From positions 4,704,699 to 4,768,698 of the forward strand of contig CM082581.2 of assembly GCA_040954595.2 (NCBI GenBank): a DNA stretch of 64,000 nucleotides. Direction: 5' to 3'. Both the position numbers and the translations under genes were made by a program. Within the stretch, counting starts at the first letter, position 1; each line of letters begins with the position of its first letter. The stretch is from Balanoglossus misakiensis (taxonomy: Eukaryota > Animalia > Hemichordata). A model generated the notes under the pieces. It was not told where the DNA came from. It saw nothing but the letters and a program-made list of their open reading frames with translations, and ran no database searches. Shown piece by piece: positions 1 to 13,581 of this stretch.

Positions 1-1796
1 AGCGTAGCGTAGCAGGAAATCATTTTCGAGCACCAACGGGAGCCGTCATTAAAAGTCGTCGGCGACAATCAAAGCATCGTGGCTATACCAAAATTGTGCG
101 CTGCAAGATCCATAGCGTCACAGCCCGTGATGCTGTAATACCTGTAAACACCAAAGTATAAGACATATCCTGGGATATCCTGATATTCGCCCACCTATTA
201 CTGTTGATCACGAAGCAATTTCACTAAAGGTGTGTTTTAAAAGGACTTTTCCCGTTATGTGGGTATTGGAAACCGAATGAAATTTTATAGAGAGATAAAC
301 AGTATTCATAAGAATGGTGAAAAGGTCGTGTAATTATTCATCAATGGCAAAGGATGATCTTCATTGTCGCTGTTTTAAAAACCATACGGTGCACAATACA
401 AAGACCATAAACACAAAAGCTATTTCATCCCTCTAAGTATCACATGACCCGCAAGTGTAAAATTGGCATCGCAAATAATAATAAAAAAACGTTGTCATGG
501 AAATCGACTATAGACTAGAAAGTTTACCCTTTTACATCAACAACATGACATTCAGCCCAACATGCCAATTGTTTAAGTACTGCGTTATTTGATTCGTAAG
601 AAATCACTCATTACTTAAACGTTTCCTTGCGGTTTCAACTTATGTACATGTATTTTAAGAATAAATTGCACCAAACTAACCTTCAAAATGATCAAAAGAA
701 TAAATTACTCGAAAATTAAATGTTACAGCATTCCAAAACAGGGGTAATGCAAATCACTATATACACTAGTTTCTATATTTGGACATATCTAAGGCAGAAT
801 AACACATGGCGAAAATAAAGTGTTAAATTGTCTCAGCGGGATGTAATGAAAGCACGATTAAGTTTCTTAGTAGTGTGCTCATCAAGGGTATGACGATTTG
901 TTGTCAAACCTACCAATTCAAAGGGCGCGTGAGACTGACTTACATCATATTTGTACCACCATTTGGCATCACCTATACATACCACGTAGTAAATGACAAC
1001 GAGGGACAGGGCTTCGTATTTGGAAGAGATGCATAATTTTTGTATTTCCCCCTCGATCCATCACCAGATCTTATCAACACACGATTCAATCATGGATAGT
1101 GCATGATAACTAACATATCCTCACATGTGAGACACAATTGATTGACATCCGCGTGGATCATACAGTCGAGAAAAACATCCCCAGATATGGTGTACTCCAT
1201 GGAGACTATATGAATTGGTCCAAGGTCACGTCTCTTGGGAACACCAAACCAACGAGTATGCCTCCGACAAGACTGACCTGACAATGACAGATTATGTACA
1301 CCCCCATCGAGCAATACATGTACTTAGACTATTCCAACAATACTACACTAATATAAATCCCACATCTCTATATTTATCGAAGGCCACGGAAATACCCAGT
1401 AATAATTATCTGATTTCTTTTGACTTTTCTACAGATCGCTATACGCGAACGTCATTCCGTATACTCAGAGAAGAGCGGTGTTCGTGCTAAAATATGAACA
1501 TTGTAAGCTGCTATATAAAATTTAATATTGCTATTTGAACCGCTAATTATTTTCTTTTTGTCCATTATGCCACTACGCCTGTCAATCGCGGTCTAACATG
1601 CTAACAACCAAGATTCCATGTTGTAATTTAACTACGGAGTCGTTTGGTCTATCGCCAAAGGCTTCCCACATTTGATACAATTTAAATACAGACATCTGTG
1701 CATAGCACTAATGGCATCTGTTTGTTTGCAAAAGTTTCGAAACGAAAACAATGATTGACTGTATTCTAGGATTATATGTAAGCAATAAATACTGTA

Positions 1797-2307
<511 letters not shown>

Positions 2308-3579
2308 ATTTTTGTATGTATACGGGGGTACGTACAGGACCAAGATTTGACCCTCAAAATGTATTAACATATAAGAAGAGTCGCCATTCACTGAGCATAC
2401 CCTGTCGATGGGACGTAAATTTAAGGTCATGAAACGGCACCGTGAACATCTTTACCAGCCACCTTATCGGAACAGCCACTGCAGTAGGTTTTTATCGTGT
2501 TTTCAGAAAACGGCAAATGGTCACATAAGCGAACCACACACAATGGCAGCCCGAGTGCACACACTACAGCAATTGTTGACGACGCCCAAACGAACTCATT
2601 CAAATTTCAATAGACATTCCTTTACGGCCTATGTGTACAGGGAGCAGATGGACCCCATTGTTGAGAAGAGAGCGCAAGGGTCAATGCAACCTGTATATGG
2701 CTGGCATGATTAGTAATCATAACTTGTAACGTGATTGGGAAAGTGAAAATTTATCAAGGGGGATTTGAATGACCCTGTCTCCCTGCATGGTTTGCTCATT
2801 ACCATATTCCCTTTCTTTGTATACATACTCGCGACCCTGGGGCAGGGTACCCTTGCCAATCTACCTTGCTCCCCCAATGCACTATAAGACCAAGTAACAA
2901 CCCAACCGTGTGTTTTTTCGCCTAAAGGTTGCGACATTCACTTTCTCTCGGCTGCTTGTATTTGCGTCTCTGAATGCTTGGGCGCCGATTCATTATTCAC
3001 ACGGAAAGAATGCCGCGGTGGGGCTCTCTTTATTGCGCAGGTATATAGGTGTGTCCTTCAGAGAGGGGTTGAGAGAGAAAGAAAACATTGAACAGCTTAA
3101 CATTGAAAGGGCTCCTGAAAAGCAGGGGTCAGGTCATCATACTGAATGCCTGTCAAGCCCACAGCAGTTGTAGTGGTGTCTGCCCTGTGAAGAAAATACA
3201 CACAGACCATTACCGAACCGCCAAATTCAGAGACGAGAACTTCACAGTCTATACTTTTCAAAAGGTAGGTCACTGGACACAGTATTACTTTTATAAACGT
3301 GACTTGGCTTTCACTGTTGCAGGGTTTTCCATGCTTTAGTAACAGTGCGGTGACAGGTCATCAGTGCCAACTGGAGCACATTGACCTGACCTGGTCACCT
3401 GCTACCTATACCAACTCACCATTATATACATGTAGTATACATGTCATTCTCACAACATGCAAGACTTCAGTTTTCTCCAGCTTAAAGCCTTGTTTACGAC
3501 ACACGCAATTATCAAGCAACGTGCATTTCGTCGTTTTCAGAGCGATGCAGTCAAGAACCAACTGTTCAAGTGAAAGAAA

Positions 3580-3658
3580 ATGGCACCTCCTTTAAGACAT
3601 CTGATAATTGCCTTCGTCCTGTTCCTTCTTCAGGAGAGGTGTCCGTGCGCAGAAGTTG
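3580..3658 (+). CDS. First coding exon (signal peptide) of the repeat-domain gene
   Basis: aaaATGG start context, hydrophobic LIIAFVLFLL, donor G|GTGAGT at 3659; acceptor ttttcag at 3540 and an upstream donor AAG|GTAGGT at 3265 suggest a 5'UTR exon. Confidence 0.75.
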
Positions 3659-6600
3659 GTGAGTTTGGTACCAATTGGAGTGTATTGAAATGGGAAGCTA
3701 GTACTTATTTCAGTCTGTCGTTGGGACAACATAGTAATATAGTTTACCAATACAAACCTTTAAGTACATGTATGCTAATATCTTAATGTTGTGATAACAG
3801 GATTCTGTAGCATGATATCATGCCTGGCTGTGAATTACAATGTGTATGTTTATGTTTGCTGGGGTGAGGTGTTCCTCCTCGACTCTATGGCAGTATCCAT
3901 GTCTATTACACAAGACTAATGCACCCAGTTCAATGTGGCGCCAATTGCACAACACGTTGACTGGCATTTTCCCACCTGTCCCTCAGATTTGGACATAGTC
4001 TTCTTCGTTGTCAATGGTTGGGTGGACAAGATACCATTGGACACAGACACACAGGTCCTGCCAACTGTCAATTTCAGAAATCGCGGCCCTGACCTTGTAG
4101 GTGAGCCCGAGGGCGATGGGATGAACTTTGCTATGAACGTTTACTTCTCCGACTCCGCCGACCCGAATACCGCCATGTATTTCAAGGCGATTGGCCCGGC
4201 CGCTCTGAGCGACTGCATGGTGGAACTGTTCAAGTCCGCTGCACCGGTAGGATACACGCTTGGGGGAACTGACTACGACGCAGTTATCAACATTCCCTCG
4301 GAAGACTGTGAGTTCGTCAAGTACCTTTGCCTGGAGATAGTATTTGTTAACACGACCAGATACTCTGATCCCAACTTCGACAACAATATACAGTGCGCAG
4401 AGTTTGGGCCACTCAGCGAGGGGAAAATTGGTCAGATTGAATGTTTCATAGGTAAGTGTAATTAATTTGGGAAATTGGAATTAAAGCTAGAAAATTAATT
4501 TTCAAAGAGCTGCTGAATTTTCAAATAGTCCCTCTAGTAATTCTATATTATTATGCAAAAATGTCGTTCCTTTCATCTTTAACTTCCAGATATTCAAACA
4601 ACGTCTGGCCAAGTCCTGAACCCTATTTCTATATCACACATGCCGGGGGTTGCGTCCACGTTCACCCTCGAGGTACAGATCAGAAACAACGGCCAGCACA
4701 GCGTGAGCACGCCTCCCCCAGGACAGCACAACTTTGCGCCGAGAATTTACCTCACTGACGGCCCTACTCTGGAGTCGTCCACGTTCAATATCTTGCAAGA
4801 CGGAAATGACGTCAAGTTCGATCACGCTTTGCAGCCTGGGCAAGCTTTGACCTTACCCTCGTTCGAGGCAACAGGGACTGTTCCACTAAACAGCGACCTC
4901 TGTAGACGCGCCACGCACCTCTGCATTGAGATAACATTAGATAGGACGGATGTGGAAGAGGGAAATTTTGGGGATGAAGACGTTTGTCTAGAGTTGAAGA
5001 GCGTGGCCGCAGGTGGTGCTGGTATAAAACTTGGTTGTCCTACAGTTGGAACAGGTAATGCAGACGACAATTTCACACAAGTATGCATAATATGTATGAT
5101 ATTGTTTCGAAACTTGATAACTAGCAAAAAAGTCTTAAATGTATAGGTTAATTCTGGAGACTACTTTTGGTGTCAGAGTGAAGGTTTTCTATTATCAGAC
5201 AAGTGTACTCTTTCCTTGCAAAGAGTGGGGCGATTTGAGTATCGAAAGAATTTCTCGTCGTGGTAGACAAATCGGCAGGTGAAAGCGTTCAGAAATTTCA
5301 TCATTCGATACCACATTTCTTGCAGATGTAGCAATGCAGTCGTTTGAAGTACGGGATCCTTCCCAGGTTTCCTACGACATCGCTGTTCCGACAACAATCA
5401 CAGTGGACACAAACTTAGTCGACCTCGGCAGCGAGTTAGTGATGGCGTCGAGCACGGACAACAATTATCAGTTCCAGTTGTTCCTCATCGACCACGAGTC
5501 GGACCTTTCTCTGAGCACCGACCGGATGGAAGTCCTGGTCGACGAGTCGTCCGCTACAAATCTCAGAAAGGAGCTCGTCTACGGGTTGCCCATCGACGTC
5601 TCATCCCTCGTGGCTACAGTCACGCTCCCAACTCCGACGAGTCGCTGTCGAGCTTTCAAGAGCATGTGCCTGAATGTGGTTCTTCGAAACAGAACCTCCA
5701 AGGTGTATGTAGATGTGGACCTCAGCAATAATTACATTTGTCTGCCGTTCAACAGTTCTGAAACTGGATCTAAAATCTGCCCAGAATTGGATCTAGGTAA
5801 GGTCACTCCTCAAGTCCACCATTACTATAACCTCGACATGCCCTAAAATTTGGACGTTTTAACTAAGTGCACCTTATTTTCACTTCATACTTTCTCTCTA
5901 AAAATCACAGATTTACAGCTGGCGAATTTAGTGGTCACGCCACTGTCGGGCAACGTATTTCCGATAGACGTGCGGACGCAGACTCGATTGTCAGCCCAAG
6001 CTTCCAACTATGGACCCGGGAGCATTCCGGAAGTAGTGGCTGGGTCACGGGTCAACTTCAGGGTGGTAGCCTTCCTCACCGATGACAGCGACCTCGACGA
6101 TGCCAGCTTCACCCTGCCGATAACTGGACTCGACTTGTCCAACGACCAGTCACAACAAGGACTTGCAATTGGACAGACAGTGCCAGTCATTGTCCCCATA
6201 GTCGGCCTAACCGTACCCAAGGCGCGCTGTAACGCCATCAGTTATCTTTGCCTCCGACTGGAAATCGACCCCTCCAGTCTCTACACGGATACAACACCAG
6301 AATCATCTTACGTATGCTCAAATATCAGACAATACATAGATTGTTTCGTGGGTAAGAGGAAAGGTTTAAAATTTGTTACATGCGGCCGTGAATCATTCAC
6401 AATGCTTTAATCTCGCACAATTAACACTGAACTAAAGGAAGCACAAAATCAAACCCATCGAACAGAAAGACCATATCTTAAGCATATTTAATGACTGGGA
6501 AATTGTACCCATGTTGGCAGGCGAATTAAGTAGCACTCGTAACAGGCTTTTGTGTAAAAGCACTAAACGTTTATCTTGCTTACTTCATTTCAGACGTCGC

Positions 6601-6661
6601 CGCCAACCAATTGGTGGTGCAAACACCACCACCTGTGACCTATGACCCCGGCTACCGGTAA
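3580..6661 (+). CDS. Six-exon gene (3580-3658, 3987-4451, 4590-5054, 5326-5796, 5911-6351, 6594-6661) for a ~662-aa secreted protein with four tandem ~150-aa Cys-containing, CARDB/Ig-like repeats and a truncated fifth repeat
   Basis: All introns are GT-AG and phase 1; exon lengths 79/465/465/471/441/68 sum to 1989 nt (663 codons) in one open frame. N-terminus MAPPLRHLIIAFVLFLLQERCPCAEV is signal-peptide-like. The 3' end is uncertain. Confidence 0.8.
3987..4451 (+). CDS. Repeat-domain exon 1 (DLDIVFFVVN...DPNFDNNIQC...ECFI)
   Basis: Acceptor cctcag|AT, donor G|GTAAGT, 465 nt open frame (ORF 3935-4465). Confidence 0.85.
4590..5054 (+). CDS. Repeat-domain exon 2 (DIQTTSGQV...CRRATHLC...GCPTVGT)
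   Basis: Acceptor ttccag|AT, donor AG|GTAATG, 465 nt open frame (ORF 4640-5146). Confidence 0.85.
5326..5796 (+). CDS. Repeat-domain exon 3 (DVAMQSFEV...DVDLSNNYIC...CPELDL)
   Basis: Acceptor ttgcag|AT, donor AG|GTAAGG, 471 nt open frame (ORF 5334-5846). Confidence 0.85.
5911..6351 (+). CDS. Repeat-domain exon 4 (DLQLANLVV...CNAISYLC...IDCFV)
   Basis: Acceptor tcacag|AT, donor G|GTAAGA, 441 nt open frame (ORF 5850-6410). Confidence 0.85.
6594..6661 (+). CDS. Start of a fifth repeat (DVAANQLVVQTPPPVTYDPGYR*), truncated
   Basis: Acceptor catttcag|AC in phase 1; the sequence matches the N-termini of repeats 1-4; in-frame TAA at 6659-6661 overlaps a possible donor CG|GTAATT. Confidence 0.6.
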
Positions 6662-8338
6662 TTGTCGCTGTCCTTATAGGCGTCACAGTGGCATTGTGCA
6701 ATGGATGTAAGAAGTAAGTATACAGACTGGCTAAATAAAGAAAACGTGGCGTGATATTAAAAGTAGTGCCTGTCTGTCTGTCTGTCTGTCTGTGTATGTA
6801 TGTCAGCTCGACATTGAAAGCACAATTTTTATTCCTAATCAACGAAAAGGGTTCAGAAATGTGAGAGTGATTTACTGACGGGAGTTCACTTTTGTTTTCA
6901 CGTTTCAGACGCAGTCCCAAATATTTGTCAGCGTAGATCTAGCGGAGCACAGTCGGGAAAATGAGCAAAGGAATCGCAATGTATTCTCTGTCATTTTCAC
7001 GTGTACACAGACGCACACACTCGTGCATGTACAAGTCTCGCTTAAGTTGTTTCATGATAGCTGTCATTTAGCGTTCTATTCTATTGCGACTGTACTTCAC
7101 CGTCATGACCACTGCTACTGCAAGAGTCATATAAAAATATTAGTTGAGAGGTGGGCGATATTTATACAACGAAAAGGTCACACAGGGGTCATGCAAATGA
7201 GAAATTGTTTCAGTCGCGTTAGAATTGTTACTCTCCATGATAATTAATTAGTGTTCAATTAGGATTCAAAACATCAAATCACCATGTACTAGTAATACTA
7301 CCCCATTATCTGAAACCCAAATTCTCAACCCAAAGCACATCCCAGCATATGCCAGAACTCTTGGACACACGCTTTTCGGATTTGTTTACACGAGCAGAAA
7401 CTTTGCGTATGTGATTTATTGAGAACATTTTCAGTACTAGTAACAAATGTTTTTACCGTTTAGGCCCACTGTTAATAACGGTAAGTATTAATGCGTTTTT
7501 ATCGAAATTATGTCTTTTTTTTCAAAACTCTCATAAGTAGATTTATTGCACCATGCCATAAGGCTTGAGTATAATGGATTTTATGATTTCATTTGTAGAT
7601 ATAATGTTTGTGTCACAGACCAATGCATGCAGTTAGTGCACGCCACCATTTTCCAGGTCTGAATTATTGTTTCTGCTATTGTCGATTATGACAATGATAA
7701 AAAAACGTGAAGAATTGAACTTTGTAACTTTTTAATTCTAATTTAAATTATTAACTTTAATATGGCGTGATCTATTGTATGGTGTATGTATTCATAGCTA
7801 CAGCGCTTCTTGTCGTTTGCTTTCTATCCGTAACAACAGATCAAAATTATGTTTTCATGTACATTGTACTACCATATCGCAGTGACTATTCCAATGCAAA
7901 TAATAATTTGGCTCCTCTAACTAACTACGACAAAACTTTTAATCAATTTTAAATTAATTCCTTTTGATACTTAATATTACCTCATGACTGACTACACCAA
8001 GATGATTTAAATTTGGCCTTTCAATACTAAGAGTATCAGCAATTATGTGTTGTCGAATCGATAACCGACAGCGTTGTTGCAACTATATTTACAATTTCGA
8101 ACCGGTGTTCGTTTTTATTCACTATAGGTAGATGTCTCAGTGAAATTTCAATTGTTCACGGCACTTCTCTACAATAATTTTCGTGTATATTTTTTGAATG
8201 TACGTACTCCCTTTTCACAATGAAGCAGCTTGGATTTTTCGGTATACATGTAATCTTTTATAGAACAAGCAATGCTAAGTAAGCTTAATCGGCGTTGATT
8301 TTCAATAAAGTATAATGTTTACAGGAAAATCTAAAATC

Positions 8339-8538
8339 TGTATGTATGTATGTATGTATGTATGTATGTATGTATGTATGTATGTATGTATGTATGTATG
8401 TATGTATGTATGTATGTATGTATGTATGTATGTATGTATGTATGTATGTATGTATGTATGTATGTATGTATGTATGTATGTATGTATGTATGTATGTATG
8501 TATGTATGTATGTATGTATGTATGTATGTATGTATGTA
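8339..8538. repeat. (TATG)n microsatellite
   Basis: Read directly from the sequence. Confidence 0.98.
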
Positions 8539-11500
8539 GCTCTAATCATATATGTCTGTGTTGAAATGTGTAAACATCAGAAGTAATCCATCATATGCTC
8601 GTCTTTACTGTTTCCCTGTGTATGCGTATCAAGTAAAGCGGCCAGACATTGAAACCATTTCCACAAAAACCAAAACTGCTAACATCCACTTTGTCTCAGA
8701 GAAGAGTCCTGTACATACCACGAATTGACGACAATTTTGGCCACCACTGGCATAGCCTTAAATAGAAAACACGAAGGCAAGATCTGTTAAAATGGATTAG
8801 TCTAATTCTTGTAGGACAATTCTTGTTTAGGGCTTCTGATATGCAGTATAAGCAGAATTATTTATGAAAAATCATACAGTTCATTTTCATGAACATTCAC
8901 AAGCGCAGTTTAGACTGAAGCGATTCTGATATAAGTACCGGAAACGATTGTACGATAGTTAAAGTGAAAAACAACCACCTCCCTAAGGGCCACTTGAAAT
9001 TTGTTGCATATTGCCAAAAGGAAAACGATAAACTCGTGAGGTGTCACGTGCATGATTCATGGATTTCGAAATCGACAGCGTTTCGTGACATCTAGTGGCA
9101 ATTATATGCGGACAAGTACCTGTGAACATGTGTGCAGTCTTAAATTATTTCGAACAACAATTCTATACGATCGAAACTCTATTGAACAAGTTAAAGTAGT
9201 GAAGGACAGGATGGATGTTGACAAAAGTAGAGTGTAACAGAGATAGTTCAACAGATTGTTGTAAAATTGCAAACAGTGTTTTGAGTATTCAATGTTTGAT
9301 TTTTTTCGTAGGAAAGTTGACTTTATACATCCTGTTGCGCCACACAACCAAATGCCCACTTATAACCACTCATGCTATCCTTGTTGAATAGCGCTCGGTA
9401 CAAACATATTGTGGAATAACCTGAGCTGTACTACGGTACCCAGTGCTAGCTCAGGTTTTCAGAATCGGCGGTGAAATGTGAGAAGGTAATAAGGCGAGCG
9501 ATTTTTTCTCCTGCAAGAGGAAAATTTGATCTCGATTTCAATGCAGTAACTGAGATGTAGCAAGATAAGTGCATCTATTGTACAGAAGTAATGTGGACAA
9601 AATATCGGACGCGTGAAATTATTCTATATTTAGATGTGATTACTTCGCGAAAACCTTATCTATCCGGTGACAACTAGCTATAAGTCAAGGTTTGAACAAG
9701 TGTACTGACAGTAGCGGCAATTAATTTTACTTGGGCTTCAATGTACTGTAAAGATGACCGATCAACGCGTCACGGGGATCGCATGCGTCAGGCTTCGTAC
9801 CAAAAATACCTCGTCAACAAATAATTGGGTTGACACGTGTTGATAACTCCCCGGCATCCCCGGTGATTTGTTTGCCGATAAGTCAGAAATATCTACAAGT
9901 TCACACAGAACATATCATTCGTATACCGATTTCTGGCTGCCGATGTAAATGATTAGGTTTTGTTTCATTTGGCTTAATAAAGTTTCTGTTGATTTGCTTC
10001 TGACTAATGAATTACAAGTAATATTGTCATTTTATGTTTTCTTAAAACGTAAAGACTATTATTCATTTTAATTTAGATACAATATGTCTACAACGACCAT
10101 GCCATGTAAATTGCTTATTTCATTGAAATATACTGCTGAAGGCGTCTTACGTGAAATACTTCATATATCACAAACTGTAGTACACTTCAATCATCTGGAA
10201 AGTAATATAACAATAATATTTCTACATAACTTTCACAATTTAAATAGGGCTTTTCAAACGTAAGTATTAATTTCTTATCTTTACTGATGACAATAAAACA
10301 TTGTTCATTCTGATTTGCAAACTTGATATCTATCGTTATTAGGAAAAGCGTGGATTTATTTATTTATTTATTTTATCATTAAGAATTTCGAAAGGCGAAT
10401 TAGAATTGTGAATAATCGATTACGATTATTATACATATTTAATTTATCAATTACTACTACTATACGTTAACGATTGTGTACACATAATACGTTAAATTAA
10501 GCGGATAATGGGATAACGTAGCATTTGGCCCTGGCGAAGAGAACCAATTGCTTTGTGATTGATTTAATTTGACAATGTACTGACGTCAAATGGAGACCTG
10601 ACTTTAATTGACCCCTGACCTGACCTCACATTATGGGAGCGTTGGTGGATTTGAATGTTTCCATTTTTGGTTTGTAATCTTTTGTTTTTGCTGTTGTCGA
10701 TTTTCTCAGATCTGTATTTTACGTACTTGTGTTCACGATGTCTAAGAAATATATAATTCCCCATTTACCTTCGTATCTGGCTATTCCCAATGGCTTTCTT
10801 CATGGAATAAGCTCGGTCTGTTCTGTTTTTACAACGCCATATGTAGCCGCGGGGATGTCAAATGCAATCACACCATGCCGCCTGAAGCAACTTTATGCCG
10901 CAAATAAATCGACTGGTGCAGATGAATTTATCTAATAGAATTCTGCGAACACCGCCATATGCCCACTATATGCACACAGTGGAATCGACAAAACAACTCT
11001 TGTAAGGTCTTCAACTCCACTTGTAAATCGAGTCGTAAGTTTTCCACTCGACGTTTACCAAATGGAACTACAGTGAAAACAATTATGATAGCTTGCCACA
11101 ATATTCGAATCTGGGACCTGAAATAAAGCGATGTCCTCTTAGACCACTGTAACAACGACCTCAAACTAAAAAAAATTGATGCAGAGAATACAGACCGAAT
11201 TCGTTTTCTAAGTAAGCAATTAGCCTTTTGCTATTTTGGACACATTTCATGTTTACTGAAATTACAAACAGCAATCTATTTGGCCACTTTCATACATTCT
11301 TGTCAGTATTTTACTAAATTTGTAACGCACGATACAGGTTTTTGACAGGTATTGCATTCTTTCATCGATATACGGGCGTGTGCTCAATATGAATAAAACT
11401 GTACTTCCCCTTGAAATGGGTTGTTTATTCAATCCGTTATGTGCTGTTGCACATCAGCGCATTTGCCGGGCGTTCACCATTTTCTCTTCGCGCCCACATC

Positions 11501-12382
11501 AAGGGCGAATGTTCTGTTAAATTCGCGGAAACAGCCTCTAAGCAAATAAGTGCCAGGGCTTCACGTTCTGTTATTGTCACCTTGCAAGGTTTCCTGTTCC
11601 CAATCGCACTCCCAGATTACAATCGCCTTAAAAATAGAAAGTGTAAATTATATGCACTGGACGGGATGAAAATATCAGATGGGATTAAAATGAACACCTG
11701 CGGGTGTTCTTGATATGACAGTAACAGGATTCAAAGTAATTGGAATTACCCGGTAAAGATTGAAGATGAATATCGTGTTTTTGACTTTGTCACGTGGTTC
11801 AGCGTACGCACAGATACACACACATAAACCGGTGTGTAGAATGGAAACATATATTCAGTCACGTACCCTACACAAAAAATGGTTACGATGAGAAGTCATC
11901 TTCCTTGGATAAGTGCGGTTTGAAATTCAGTTCCAAGAGCTTTATCAAGTCATGTTAAACAAGCGATAATTCGTCTAATTAAACAGTTTTTTCTTTGCAA
12001 ACCTCACAGATGACTATGTCCGAATAATATACGAACTAACACGCACATTCCATACACTCACAAAACGGTGGTCGAAATTTATTCCGTTTTTTTGGGCAAA
12101 TTGTTCCAAAAAGCCGATTTGACCAAGACAAAGGTGACTAATATACCAGTACATGTACAGATTGATCTGGTCTTCACTGAGTTCTATAGTATTAGTAACA
12201 TGAATGGCAACAAGCGACTAATACATGCTGGGCTCGCTCATCCAGTCAACCATGTAAACTATACAATATACATGTACAGCGAGTGTATTGTAAGATCGGC
12301 CCAGTGCCGCTCGAATAGCAAACAATTTAGCTAATGTGATGGAATATATATGCCTGCTAGTTTAAACACAGTGTTGTATTTA

Positions 12383-12523
12383 AGCAATAACCCCCGCTTT
12401 AGGCGTGTACGCAAGATTTGGGTACAATTCGCGATATGTAGCACGAGCCGTTAGGCGAGTGTTCTATGGAGCGTACTGTACCCAAATCAATTGTATATAT
12501 CGACTGCGGCAAGGGTTATTGCT
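12383..12523. repeat. Imperfect long palindrome, probably a non-autonomous DNA element
   Basis: agcaataaccc / gggttattgct and gatttgggtaca / tgtacccaaatc pair around the centre gcacgagccgttaggcgagtg. Confidence 0.7.
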
Positions 12524-13581
12524 ATATTATATATACATAAATGATTTTGTGGCATATCATTTTTTATTAACGAAACAGCGTCAGAGAAAGACTTACTAGT
12601 AAAATGAGTGTAGTTTTGTGCGTTGGTGTCTTTATTAAAATACCAGTTGGTTTTCTGTCCTGAGTAAGAGGGCTAATATTGTCCCTAAGGCTAGCTGAAG
12701 GTCAGTTGTAATATTGGTGTTCTTATCTGATTTGTGTGGGGTTTAGATGTTATAGTTTGACACGTGTGCGTGTTTGACAGGACTCAGGGTTGTGTAAGGA
12801 AGGTGACCGCATTGCAATGTCTTGGTGTTTATTAAGAATCCAACTTGGACAATCGTCTCCATGACAAAAATATTTCCTGATAAAGATAGTTGTGAAATTA
12901 TCCAGTTTCAAGTATTTGTTTGACACCATTTTGAAAGACGGCAGTCGATCACCCATGTACGACGCTATCTTTTCAATCATCCCGAAACCCACGCGGTAAT
13001 TTAATTTGCAAATCAGCATGGGCCACCAACAGCCAAATCATTCTTTTGAGTCGAACGGCTAGGAATTGCAATGGCACAAACCCAAAACACACATGCCTCA
13101 CAATAAGGTAGAAGAAATTAATAGATTTATTTGCAAAGTATTAGAAAACGTTTGTTTGTTTTCCTACATGGTTGGTATATCTCCTGCCCAAATGTTTTCG
13201 AAACATGGTAAATTGGCAAAATCTGTTAATTCTAGTTGTTACTTTGTGTTGCACTGTACAGCATGGTAAACAATGCATCTTCGTTACTTCATTTCATATA
13301 TTCCAGTATAATTTGATGTACCATTTACTGGTTGGCCAGGTCTCACTCGACAGTGGGAACAATGCTGATTGGGTTTTATGGTTGCATGAAGCAATCTCTT
13401 GCTAAAAACTTGGGGAATCTGAAAGTTGGTGTTGTGGAGTTGATAAAAGGTCTCTGATTATAGTAAACAAATTACAAACTAACATATATTGTGCCTCCGA
13501 CATCACTTTCATTGTTCCACGTATTATATTCCAGACAATGCGCACTACATGTCTACTGGGTGCATAATAGGGGAAAATCGG

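Noticed and set aside
2396-2430. gatgggacgtaaa motif resembling a SINE core domain
   Set aside because: Match is too short and there is no tRNA-derived head with A/B boxes.
9418-9458. 10-bp stem hairpin aacctgagct...agctcaggtttt resembling a bacterial terminator
   Set aside because: Eukaryotic context; one short stem can arise by chance or from a repeat end.
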